NCBI GenBank assembly: GCA_964016885.1
Contig: OZ024741.1
Coordinates: 120,590,001-120,654,000 of the forward strand
Reading direction: 5' to 3'
DNA from: Eledone cirrhosa
Taxonomy: Eukaryota
DNA: 64,000 nucleotides
Below the pieces are notes generated by a model, which ran no database searches, was not told the DNA's origin, and worked only from the letters and a program-made list of their open reading frames with translations. Shown in pieces: positions 27,166-39,451 of this stretch. Numbering within the stretch: the stretch's first letter is position 1; every line of letters begins with the position of its first letter. The translations under genes were made by a program, and so were the position numbers.

Positions 27166-27293
27166 ATATATATATATATATATATATATAACTCAGGATA
27201 GAACTAGTTTGAAACTAGTTAGACCATTACTCAACAGAGTATTCGATACTTGGCGTAGCAGAGTATTGTTCCCGACTCTCTTTTGTTTTATAA

Positions 27294-27324
<31 letters not shown>

Positions 27325-27336
27325 GTGTGTGTGTAT

Positions 27337-29178
27337 ACACTATGGTCCCGGATAGTAAACCAAGTCATACAGAATGGGGTCGTTCTGAAGGACTGGCGTA
27401 GCAGCATCATCATTAACTGTTATAAGGGTAAAGGAGATACCTGAGATAGGGGAAACTATAGAGGTATTAAATTAATTGACCAGGTCATGAAGGTCACAGA
27501 AAAAGTAATACCGCAACTAATCAGAGAGCGAATTGATCTAGATGAAATGCAGTTCGGGTTTGTGTCAGGTAAAAGTACAACAGACGCTCTTTTCATTGTA
27601 CGACAACTACAGGAGAAGTACCTAGCTAAAAGTAAACCCCTATACTTAGCTTTTGTTGACTTGGAGAAAGCCTTTGACAGAGTACCCCACTCGATTATCT
27701 GGTGGACTCTTAGAAAACTAGGTGTTGATGAATGGCTTGTGAGAGCTATACAGGCCATGTATAAAGAAACAGTCAGCAAGGTTAGAATTAACAACGAATA
27801 TAGTGAAGAGTTTAGCATAAAAGTTGGTGTTCATCAGGGCTCCATCCTTAGCCCCCTACTATTTATTATTGCCCTTCAGGCTATAACAGAGGAGTTCAAG
27901 ACCGGCTGCACATGGGAACTCCTATATGCAGATGATCTAACGCTCATAGCTGAATCAATGGCTGAACTAGAGAAGAAATTCCAAACATGGAAGCACGGCC
28001 TAGAATCAAAAGGCCTTAAAATTAACCTGTCTAAGACTAAAGTTCTAGTCTGTAGGAAGGAAAATAGGGCACTGGTCCCATCTGGGAAATGGCCATGCTC
28101 AGTGTGTAGGATAGGAGTAGGCAGAAACTCCATTTTATGTCCCAAATGCAAAGTATAGGTGCATAAAAGATGTAGTGGGATCACAGGTAAGCTAACTAAG
28201 AATATAGATTTTATATATGGCCGGTGCTCAGGTGCAATAAGTAGCAGCAAGTGCCCACATAATACTAGCTCATTCCATTGCACAGATAGTTCTATAGAAA
28301 TAGTGGACACCTTCCGTTACCTGGGTGACAAAATCAGAAGTGGTGGAGGGTGCTCTGAAAGTACAGTAGCTAGAGTCAGAACGGGATGGAAAAAGTTCAG
28401 AGAGCTTATACCACTATTGGCCGCTAAAAGGTTCTCTCTAAAAATGAAAGGCAGGCTGTATGATGCCTGCATACGGACAGCAATGTTACATGGCAATGAG
28501 ACTCGGGCATTGTGTGCAGAGGATATACGCAGACTGGAGAGGAACAAAGCTTGCATGCTCCGCTGGATGTGTAATAGTAATAGACGTGAACGGCAAAGCT
28601 TACATGAACTAAGGGAGAAATTAGGAATAAGAGGAATCAGATGTTGTTTACTTGAGAGAAGGCTACGTTGGTATGGTCATGTGATGCGCATGAAAGATGA
28701 CAGCTGTATAAAAAAGTGCAGGGCAATAAAAATAGACGGTAGCCACGGAATAGGCAGACCCAGAAAAACCTGGGACGACTTGATAAATTCCGACCTCACT
28801 TACACCTCTCCAAGACAATGTCAGTGGACCGAGATCTTTGGCGCTACACAGTAATACAGAAGACCCGCCTTGCCTAAGTACAAAGCGAAACCTACAGTCA
28901 ATAGGCACCTTTAACATAAATACACCCCCGTTCAACTACCCCTTTCGATGCAAAGATATGTTGGTACCACAACATCCAGTCTGAAATAAATGTGGCCGTG
29001 GTAACACGGTAAAAACCTCCCAGTCCACACTGTAAATGTGGTTGGTGTTAAGAAGGGCATCCAGCCGTAGAAAACCCGCCAGACAGTCCTATACAAACAA
29101 GATAACCACTCTTGCCTCAAGTGGGAAAATTCTCGTCCAAACCCATGCAAGCGTGGAAGATGGACGTTAAACGATGAC

Positions 29179-29212
<34 letters not shown>
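27337..29212 (+). mobile_element. 5'-truncated RTE LINE (RT plus PHD), close relative of 23030-25370
   Basis: ORFs 27487-28158 and 28159-28854 separated by a TAG. Long 3' UTR and (GAT)n tail. Confidence 0.93.
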
Positions 29213-30049
29213 TACATGACTTAATGGTTAGGGTATTCGGTTCACAATCTTATTGTCATGAGTTTGAATCCACTCAGCTGGAAGAAAATTAATTGTAATT
29301 CACAGGGCCAGCCATGTCACACACTGTGTCATGCTGAACCACCATGAGAACTATATTAAGAGTGCATGTACTTGTGGAATGCTCAGCCACTTACATGTTA
29401 ATTTCATGAGCAGATTATTCCATTATTCAAAATGGAACACTCATTTTTGGAACTGACAGAGGCCCAATACAGACAATATACATACTTTTGTAATTTTGAA
29501 ATGTGTCTGTCCAAATGCAGATGACAATAATAATCAAAGTTTCCTCCTCCTCCTCCTCCTCCTCCTCCTCCTCCTCCTCATACTCCTCCTCATACTCCTC
29601 CTCCTCCTCATACTCCTCCTCTACCACCACCACCTCCTCCTCCACCATCACCCCCTCCTCCTGCTTCGTCCAAGAATAATCAGTGTTGAGGACCCATAAG
29701 TGTATGGAAGAGGACAGAACATTCACCTACTACAACTACCAATACAACAAAAAAACATTCATTAAATGCACAGAAAGAAACACCTGTTAATTAAGATGTT
29801 AAAGGAAGGAATAAGGTTAAGTCTTTTTTCTTTATACTTTCAATACTTAATCTTCTTAAGATTAATTCAGAGGGGATTTGTTTTGTTGTATTTTGTTGTT
29901 TTCTATTGTTGTTGTTTTTTTGAAAATGAACATGAGGATGAATTTAAGACATAACAAAATTCATGACTATATTCTGAAGTAAAAGTAAATCTTAAGGATA
30001 TAAGCATATAGTTGACAGCATCGCCAATCATCTGCAAATATGTGCAGTC

Positions 30050-30310
30050 ATATACAGCAGTCTCCAGTCATCTCTATCTATGACCAGCCTTCTCTAACAG
30101 TTACTAGCCTTCTCCTTCCATGTCCAGCCACCTACATCCATCTCCAGCCATATTCATCCATGTCCAGCCACCTCCATTCAATTGCATCCATCCATGTCCA
30201 GCCTTCATCCATATCTAGTTGTATTTAGCCTTCTCTAGCCATGTCCAGCTGTGTCTAGCCTTCACCCATGTCCAGCTGTGTTTAGCCTCCTCCAGCTTTA
30301 TCCAGATGCA
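30050..30310. repeat. Degenerate short-period tandem repeat
   Basis: Recurrent (t/g/c)ccatgtccagc motif. Confidence 0.7.
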
Positions 30311-30545
30311 CAGGAGATGTAAGCATTAAGAACACACAAAATAGATTCCTTCAGTTGTCAGGGAGGCTACTTAGAGGTTGTTGACAACTTTGGTTACCTT
30401 GTGTTAGCAGTGAGGGAGGGGGGCACTGAAAGTGTGATAGCCAGGATCAGAATAGGCTGGAAGAAGTTTAGAGAGCTGTTACCTCTGTTGACAACAAAGG
30501 GGTCCTCTGTCAGAGTAAAGGGTAGACTCTAAAATGCTTGCATGA
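30310..30545 (+). mobile_element. RTE RT fragment
   Basis: Encodes EVVDNFGYL..ESVIARIRIGWKKFRELLPLLTTKG. Confidence 0.7.
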
Positions 30546-31069
30546 AGGTTAGGAGGACCCACCAGTTGTGTCGAGGACATGGCGATCTATTCAATAAATG
30601 CACCCAGTACATGCTGTAAAGTGGTTGTTGATAGGAAGGGCATTCAGCCATAGAAAGCATGTCAAACAAAGGGCTGGGAAGACCCTCTGGTTGTGTCAAA
30701 GACATAGTAACCTCTCTAGTGCTGGTTCCACAATAAAATGTACTTGGTAGAATGTGGAATCATATGTAAGCAAGATGCAAACCCTTGGCCTGTGTCAGTG
30801 ATCAGTGGCCCCATTTCAGTACTGACTTGGTCTGTGAAGACCTGTCAAACCCTTGCTAGCAGGGAAAGTGGATTCTAATTGATGTTGCTTCCATTCCAAT
30901 GAGAGAGTCTTGTATCTATGTTAGAAACCAAATCTCTCTCTATTGGTAAAAATTCATAAAATTATAAAACCAGAAGAACATAATAGATAAATACATACAT
31001 ACACACATGCATACGTACATATATACATACATATATTGAGCATTAGTTGAACTGAATTCCTTATAAGGT

Positions 31070-33630
31070 GGACCACATGAAGGTTGCCATGTACCACCCC
31101 AGGAGTTGCACTGATCAAGTCCTCGCTTTCACTAACTTCAATGAGCCTGTTTACCAATGAAGTCTCAATACAGCAGCTTCTCTGGTTGACCTTTGTTCTG
31201 CATACAATACTGTATGGAGACATTGCCTCTTTCGAAGGCTTGTCATACCATCAAGTGCCAGGACAGTGTGAACATCTTTGCCTCCATACTTAGTAACAGA
31301 AGATTCAAAGTGTCATTGGGAGGTCAAGCAAGTTCAACTAGAACCCTGAATGATGGTCTTCCTCAAGATTCCATCCTAGCACCAATGCGCTTTAACATCT
31401 ATGTGCATGATATGACCAGAACAACTTCAAGGAAATTTGCAAATGCAGATGACTAATCTTGGCTAATCTACTGACTTTGACAAACTCAACTTTACACTCA
31501 CAGAAGACCTGAAGAAGATGGATAACTACTACTCCTACTGGTGCTTTCAGCCCAACCCACTGTGACAACCTTCCATCTGAGCACCAGACAAGCTACGGCT
31601 CAAGAACTCCTTCCATGGTAAACCTATCAAGCCCACACCCCAAATATCTTGGTGTAACTTTGGATTGCAGCCTGACCTATCAAGAATATCTAAAGAAGGT
31701 TGCCAGAAAACTCAAGGCCAGGATTAATATCATCTGCAAGTTGGCAGAAAAAAACTGGGGCTCTGATGCACACACTCTGAACTGTGTGTTTAGCACTTCC
31801 ATACTCATTTTCAGTGTACTGTTCACCAGTCTGGGCAGCTCGCTGCCATGCCAAGCAAGTTGACACCATCTTCAACTTGGCAATGAGAATAGTATCTGGC
31901 TCACTGAAATCTACACATACATCAAGGTTCCATTCTTAGTCCTCTTCTGTTTATTATCATTCTGCAGGCTATAACAGAAGAGTTTAAGACTGGCTGCCGA
32001 TGGGAGCTTCTGTATGTCAATGATCTAACTCTTATAGCTGAATCTATGGCAGAACTAGAGAAGAAATTGCAAACCTGGAAGCATGGCCTAGAATCTAAAG
32101 GTATTAAAGTCAACCTGGCAAAGACCGAATTCCTAGTATGTAGAAAGGACAACGGGGTCCAGATTCCCACTGGGAAATGGCCTTGCTCAGTGTGCAGGAA
32201 AGAAATAGGTAGAAACTCCATCCTATGCCCAAAATGCAAACTATGGGTACACAACAGGTGTAGTGGGATTTCAGGTACACTAGCAAAGAACGCAGGTTTT
32301 ATATGATGTCGTTACACAGGTGCAGTAAGTAACAACAACCCACAGGAATAGTAATATTCCTCTCAAAGGCAATAACACAGGATTGAGATCTCTGGCATTA
32401 TGCAGTAATACAAAAGACCCACCTTCCCATGTGCATGGGTTGAAGCATATATCTTGTATGCACTACCTTCTCCCTCTCCCTTCCATACACCTCAACGTCC
32501 TAATAGCCCTCCCCTGTTCACATCCCTCTTCCCTCTTGCACCTCCCATGTCCTAACACTCCACCCACACCTGAACACCTAGAAATACCACCACCCCAAGT
32601 CCCCAGCCCACACTGTAAAGTGGCCATGATGGCGATACAACAAAAAAGTGCCCAGCCCACACTGTAAAATGGTCATATAGGTAACACGAAAAAAGCACCT
32701 AGCCCACACTGTAAAGTGGTTGTGTAGATGTCACGACAAAAAACGGCCAGCCCACACTGTAAAGTGGTCGTGTAGGCAACACAACAAAAAGCACCCAGCC
32801 CACATTGTAAAGTGGTTGTATAGGTGACACAATTAAAAGCACTCAGCTTAAACTGTAAAGTGGTTGTGTAGGTGTCATGACAAAAAGCACCCAGCCCATA
32901 CTGTAAATGTGGTTGGTTTTAGGAAGAGCATCCAGCTGTAGAAACCAAGCCAAAACCAATCCTGTATGAGAAAGTCATGGCCATTACACCTGGCTTGTCT
33001 CACAATGAGGCAACTCATCTAACCTATGCTAGCTTGGAAAATAGACGTTAATCGGGGATGATGATGATGATGACACATTGGCTGCCTACCCTTTCTCATA
33101 TAGCACCTTCTAGCATGCAGCGTCAGGAGATGATCTGTGAAACAGCCTTTCTTACCAAGTCTAAGCCCGACCTTTCCATCCATGAACACCTGGAAAGCCT
33201 TCCCAACATGCACTTGAAATCACACAAACCATTCTGGGAACCAATAAAGACATTTCAGGATAATAACTTTGATCTGAAGGAAGAGTGGCAAAGATAATGG
33301 AATTTGCCAACGAAGACCTCGTCCAGGACCCCTCATCTAAACCAGCCAGTTTTGACTTTACCAGAAAGCAATGAGTGTCCATTAATCAGATCTACACAAA
33401 CATATGCTAGGACAGCCCATCATCTCCATTGATAGAAAATGAAAGACAACCAAGCATATGACTGTGGAGACCCTGACCAGACACTACTGCGTGTTGTTTG
33501 GGATTGCCCCCTTAGACGCATTTTCTGTGGTCCGGAGGTAATCCATAATGTTGCAAATGATGCCTTAGTCTGGCTCACTGATCTCAACTTGCCTCTCTAG
33601 CAACTGTGCACATGTCATAGGACAAGAAGA
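31070..33630 (+). mobile_element. Degraded Vingi/Ingi-like LINE interrupted by an RTE insertion
   Basis: LNDGLPQDSILAPMRFNIY..SRKFANADD; PKYLGVTLD..KLAEKNWGS. Left part ends ..SGSLKST at about 31917 and resumes THWLPTLSHIAP at about 33073. C-terminus DCGDPDQT..DCPLR..WLTDLNLPL*. Confidence 0.75.
31921..33072 (+). mobile_element. RTE fragment nested in the Vingi-like element, with tandem repeats of about 53 bp in its 3' UTR
   Basis: QGSILSPLL..KWPCSVCRK..WVHNRC. About six repeats of cagcccacactgtaaagtgg at about 32600-32910. (GAT)n tail. Confidence 0.85.
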
Positions 33631-33812
33631 TTCATACATACACACACATGCACATGCATACATAAATACATATGTACATACATTCATTCATATATATATA
33701 TATACACACACATGCATTCATACATGTATAGATAGTAGAAGTCAACTTGTGTCTGAGTAGAACCACTTAGAAAAAAAACATTGGCAAAAACCTGTTATTG
33801 ATATTGCTGTCA

Positions 33813-33977
33813 CTAATGCTGCCCTAGATGGCTCATTAGACCAGGAAGTGACTTACGTGTCTTACCACACAGTGTGCAGGTAAATTTCTCACCTGCTTGA
33901 ATTTGATTGACATGGCTGGATTTGCAGTGATACACTTTGGTACAGATGCCACATGCAAAATCAAAGGTCTTATTTCC
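33813..33977 (-). mobile_element. C-terminal C2H2 zinc-finger remnant, probably the 3' end of another RTE (BovB-like) LINE
   Basis: Manual translation GNKTFDFACGICTKVYHCKSSHVNQIQAGEKFTCTLCGKTRKSLPGLMSHLGQH*. CxxCG....S..GL.SH...H* is typical of RTE ORF ends. Absent from the ORF track. Confidence 0.6.
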
Positions 33978-33999
33978 ATGAGTGTGATGCCTTCTATAA

Positions 34000-35390
34000 T
34001 CAGTATAATTAGGGAAAGAGTCAAATTAGATGGGATGTAGTTCGATTTTATGCCCAGGAAAAGAACTACAGATGCCCTCTTGTTAGTGAGGCAACTACAA
34101 GAGAAGTTCCTAGCCAAAAATAAACCACTATATTTAGCTTTTGTTGATCTAGAGAAGGCCTTTGACAGAGAACCTTGATCTATTATCTGGTGATTCTTAA
34201 GGAAATTGAGTGTAGAAGAATGACTTGAGAGAGCAGTGCAAGCCGTGTACAGAGGAGCTGTCAGTAAAGTGAGAGTAGGAAATGAGTTTAGTGAGAAATT
34301 AAGGGTACAGGTAGGAGTTCATCAAGGTTTGGTTCTTAGCCCACTGCTGTTCATTATAGTTCTCCAGGCCATAATAGAAAAGTTAAAAACTGGCTGTCCT
34401 TGGCAACTTCTATATGCAGATGATTTGGTCCTTATAGCTGAAACCAAAAAAGAGCTAGGAAATAAATTCCGATTATGGAAATTGAATTTGGAATCAAGAG
34501 GTTTGAGTAAACTTAGCCAAAACTAAAGTGTTAGTGAGTAGGAGAGAAGACAGACCCAGTTTCCCTCAGGGAAGTGGCCATGCTCAATATACAGAAGAGG
34601 AGTAGGCATAAACTCCATACAATATACACAATGTAAATCTTGGGTACACAAGAGATGTAGTGGGATAATGGGTAGACTAACAGCAAAGGAAGACTTTGTA
34701 AGTAGAAGATGCACAAGGATAATCGAGGGAAAAGGTCAGTGATAAAAACCTTTTCCAGTCACAGGAAGGATCCATAGAAATGGTTGATAGCTTCTGTTAT
34801 CTAGGTGGCTCAATTAACAGCGGAGGAGGATGCTCTGAGAGTATAATAGCTAGAATAAGGATAGGATGCAAAAAGTCTAGAAAGCTACTCCCACAGTTGA
34901 CTACAAAATGTTTCTGCCTATGTACAAAAGGACAACTGTATGACACCTGTGTGCGAAGTGCAATACTACACGGTAGTGAAACATGGGCTGTGACTGTAGA
35001 GGACATGTGTAGACCGGAGAGAAATGAAGCAACCATGCTTCTTTGGATGTGCAATGTAAATATGAGAGAAAGGCAGAACTTGGATGACCTGAGGGTTTAA
35101 GAGGAATCTGAGGTGGTGTGCAGGAGAGAAAACTGCATTGGTATGGGCATGTGATATGCATGGATGATGATCGTTGGGTGAAGAAGTGCCAGGAAATCCT
35201 AATGGAAAGAAGCACCAGTAGAGGTAGACCAAGAAAGACCTGGGCAGAGGTGGTGAGAGCTGACCTCAAATTGCTGAGATTCACAGAGGAGATAATGAAG
35301 GAACACGGTGATTGGAGAGATGCCATGATGAGAAGGACCTGTCCAACCCATGAAAGTGTGGAAAAGCAGACGTAAAAATGAGGATGATGA
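34000..35390 (+). mobile_element. Degraded 5'-truncated RTE LINE
   Basis: GVHQGLVLSPLLF, LLYADD, LHGSETW, GRPRKTW. Ends agacgtaaaaatgaggatgatg. Confidence 0.9.
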
Positions 35391-35553
35391 TTACATATAT
35401 GTGTGTGTGCGTGTGTACTATTGACAGATGTGAGAAACTACTCAATACTGAAATATTAAATATTCATTTATTATGGCTAAATGGTGAGCCTGCAAGTGTG
35501 CAGGTGAAACTCCAGAGTAACAAGGCTTACTATTTAGCCATAATAAATAAATA

Positions 35554-35818
35554 TCTATATATAATATAAAAGAGAGATATTTGTTGGTTGGCGTCTTCAT
35601 GCATCACACAAAACAAAAACTAATGCAATAAGGGTATACCCAGAAAGGTTTATTGATACTCATTTTGTAACATCAAAGAAGAAGCAAAACATCCTGGATA
35701 TGTTAATCAACCTGACTGCTATTTCTAGTAGTTTGGGAGACAACCATAAAGGATTCTCCCTACGTTGTTAACAATGCTTGTGTTTCGCGCCCAGCATCTC
35801 TGTAGATTCAAATGCTAG
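35554..35818 (+). mobile_element. Small Helitron-like element
   Basis: A|TCTATATATAATATAAAA start and CTAG|T end. Hairpin is weak. Confidence 0.45.
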
Positions 35819-35843
35819 TTTACACACACACATTTATATATAA

Positions 35844-36458
35844 CTAGCCGGATTACCCATGCCTTGCTGCATTTCACACATTTTTTTTGTAAGAAAATGA
35901 TGATTGATTTTAAATCAATGATATAATTTATGGAGAAATAAAGCGAAAATGTTAAAAAAATAGAGGCATTAACTAATCATTTTTTTTGTCATAATTCTAG
36001 TGATGTTTTGCCATAGATAAAATGTCTAAATTAGCCGAATTTTACTATAAAAGAGAGGTGCTTTTTTTGTTGATTTACGTTTAATTAATAGAAAAACCCT
36101 GTGATAATAGAAGTCCCACTAAAGTTATGGGCTTCCAAAATTTTCACTATAGGGGGTTTAACCCTCATTAGGGTGTCTTAATATTATTGAAATTTTCTGA
36201 AATGTTGTGAATAGGCATCATATCTTGTCATTTACCTATGGTTTAAATTTCATATAAATTGAAGGGAAAAAACTTTCAGCGGGGGTTTGTGCCCCCGGGG
36301 AACCATTTGATTAAAATGTAATATACTTATCCAAGTACCCTGGGCAATGTAGTTTCAGAATATATATTGTTATGGAGGTCTATCTCCAAAACCATAGAAG
36401 GAGTTCGTGAACAAACAAACAAACAAACGGACAGGAACTACAACTTTATATATATAGA
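35844..36458 (-). mobile_element. Non-autonomous Helitron
   Basis: Minus strand starts A|TCTATATATATAAAG followed by a (tttg)n tract, and ends gcaaggcatgggtaatccggCTAG|T. Same layout as 14559-16008. Confidence 0.7.
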
Positions 36459-36461
36459 TTA

Positions 36462-36990
36462 TCTATATATAATATAAATGATTAGGACTCCCATCATCTT
36501 TTTGAGAAACTTGGACCCACCACATCTATGCAATGACACATGCTCAACAGTCAGGCAGATGATATCCTAGAGGCAATCATCAAGGAGGTAATGTATTTAT
36601 TCCTAAGATTCCTCTTATTCTTTCCTATACCGAGCTGCCATTAAAATTCTCAAGACTTTAGTTCCCTGTCAGAGCCAGTTTTGGTATGACCATAAATAAA
36701 GCTCAGGCTTAAAGTCTCAAAGTTGTAGGATTGCATATGAGAGAATCAGTTTTTACCCATGGATAGTTATATGTAGGTTGTTCACGAGTGGGAGAAACAT
36801 GCATATACTATGCACGAATGGTAAAATGAAGAATCTGGTGTATCTGGAAGAATTTTTACTGCTTTTTTTTGTCACACACACACACCACGGTCTCAGTAAA
36901 ACAGACAATGCATCCAATACAGTCGCTTTCTCTTCTACCTGTCTTCTTTTATCATCTGCTTACACGGGTGAAGCTGGGTACCTCAGCTAG
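36462..36990 (+). mobile_element. Internally deleted Helitron with PIF1 helicase remnant
   Basis: TCTATATATAATATAAA start; VFIPKIPLI..FPVRASFGMTINKAQ..FTHG*LYVGCSRVG; cgggtgaagctgggtacctcagCTAG|T end. Confidence 0.8.
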
Positions 36991-37091
36991 TATATAATAA
37001 ATTTAATATAGAAATGGCTTCTACAGGACTAGAACTATTTCATTTGTATGAAATCATCAGGAATGCCCTTGATGATTTCATACAAATAAAA

Positions 37092-38114
37092 AGCCATAAT
37101 AGAGGAGTTTAAGACTGGCTGCCCATGGGAACTTCTCTATGCTGACGATCTGGTACTTATAGCAGAATCAGTAGAGGAGCTAGAGAATAAATTTTGGCTA
37201 TGGAAACAGCAGTTGAAACCAAGAGGACTGAGAGTGAACCTAGCTAAGCCTAAAGTGTTGATAAGTAGAAAAGAGGACAAAACTCTGATTCTATCAAGGA
37301 AATGGTCATGTTTGATATGTAGAAAAAGAGCTGGCATAAATTCTATAAAATGTACGCAATGCAGATCTTGGGTACACAAGAGATGTAGTGGGATAGCAGG
37401 CAAACTAACAGGTAGGGAAAATTACATATGCAATAGATGTACAGGGAAATTTGACAGTAAAAGTCGCAGTGGAAGGCACATTTTTCAAATGCAGGTAGGA
37501 TCTATAGAAGTGGTTGATAGCTTCTGGTACCTAGGAGATCAGATTAGCAAGAGAGCGGGGTGCTCCGGGGCCATAGTATCTAGAATAAGGACAGGTTGGA
37601 AGAAGTTTAGGGAGCTGCTTCCTCTGTTGACAAAATAGGATTTCTCCCTGCGAACGAAAAGCCAGTTACATGATGCCTGTGAGATGCGCGATGCTGCATG
37701 GTAGTGAGACATGGGCAGCAACTGCGGAGGATATGCGACGGCTGGAGAGAAATGAAGCAAGCATGCTCCGTTGGATGTGCAATGTCAATGTGCATGAACG
37801 ACCAAGCATAGATGAGTTGAGAGAGAAACTGTATATAAGAAGGATAAGTTGTGGTGTGCAGGAGAGAAGGCTGAGATGGTATGGACATGTGATGTGCATG
37901 GAGGATGACGCTGGGTACAGAAGTTCCAAGAAATCCCAGTAGAAGGAAGACGCAGTAGAGGAAGACCACGAAAAACATGGGCGGAGGTGGTGAGAACAGA
38001 CCTCAGATTGCTGAAACTCACGGAGGAGATGACGAAGGATCGTGACAAGTGGAGAGATGCTGTGTTGAATAGGGCCCCATCCCACCCTTGCAAGCAGGGA
38101 AAAGCGGACGTAAA

Positions 38115-38149
<35 letters not shown>

Positions 38150-38157
38150 AATGATGA
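37092..38157 (+). mobile_element. 5'-truncated RTE LINE, same subfamily as 9392-11546
   Basis: EEFKTGCPWELLYADD through the 3' end gcaagcagggaaaagcggacgtaaaa(tga)n. Confidence 0.92.
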
Positions 38158-39248
38158 TATACATACACACACACATATATAAAATATATATTACAGTAAT
38201 TTTCATGAGTGTAAAATGTTAATATATTCAAAATGAGTCATTGCTGAAATAGTAAATAAACATAGGTGGTTGTTATTTTAACTTCCTGATTCTACACTTA
38301 AGTAAGAAACATCACCACCAGCAGCAGCAGCAGCAGCAGCAGCAACAACTACTATTACAACAGCAAGAACAACAGCAGCAACAGTAACACTATCACCACC
38401 ATCACCAGTACCACCTCCACCATCATCATCATCACAAACAACACCACCACCACCACCACCACCACCAACAACAACAACCACAACAGCATGACCAAAAACA
38501 ACATCAAGGAAACATTCACAACACCAACAGCAAATACCACCACCACCACCACCACCATTATTGTGATATATAGAATCTCTTGAGCATTTTAAACTTGGTG
38601 AACCTTAGCGCCTCACCAGGTTTATTCCAAAGAAGGAGAGAGTGACAGAGTGGAAGTGAAAAAAAGATATAGAGGAAGAATTGACCCGGTCAATATACTT
38701 TTCATCAACCTTGAAAAGAGAAAGGCAAAGTTGATCTCGGTTGGATTTGAACTCAGAGCGAGCACAGAGATCCAGAATGAATATCACAAAGCATTCTATC
38801 CAATGTTCCAATGGCTCAGTTCATTTATCACACCATATCAAGCATATACTTGAACGCAGTTAATTACTCCCAGAAGAAAATTAACAAAGCAGATTGTGAT
38901 AATAGTAAAATTAAGCTGACCAAATGTGTGGACTAAAGCACAGTGAAATAAAGTACCTTGTTGAAGGACACAACATCCTCCATAAAAATATTATGGTAAA
39001 TTTATATTATTATACCTATCACAAATACATGTGTTATAGAGTTCTGAGGTGGGAGAACAGAAAATGATTTAATTTACAGTAATTCTAGCCAAACATATCA
39101 ACTAAGCACCCTTAAAATTAAAATGCTTAAAATGAAAAAAAAAACAATGTATCTCTTCTGAGATGGGTATAGTAGTAAAAACTTAATATTATAGTCAAAA
39201 TATTCTAAAGAACAAGATAAGTCAAAAACATAAAAAAGGTACATTTAA

Positions 39249-39451
39249 CCCTTTAGCATTTACATTACTCTATATTTACTATTATATTTCCATGGTAAAG
39301 GCTTTACCTCACATAATATCACAGCTAAGAAATTTGATATTTATTTTGAGAACAATACCTTAACATAGTATGAGCAGCCAGTTATGGCAGGTTTGAACAG
39401 AAAGTGGTGAGAGAATTCTGGATGGACACAGTCAGTTTAAATGCTAAAGAG
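39249..39451. mobile_element. piggyBac-type MITE
   Basis: TTAA|CCCTTTAGCATT ... AATGCTAAAGAG|TTAA: terminal inverted repeats with TTAA duplication. Confidence 0.8.

Noticed and set aside
29427-29726. Poly-Glu ORF, and similar low-complexity ORFs at about 16.7 kb and 38.3 kb
   Set aside because: Trinucleotide microsatellites with no splice or homology support.
32600-32910. Regularly spaced repeats resembling a CRISPR array (also 58032-58183)
   Set aside because: The intervening sequences are homologous to each other, the arrays lie in LINE UTRs, there are no cas genes, and the context is eukaryotic.
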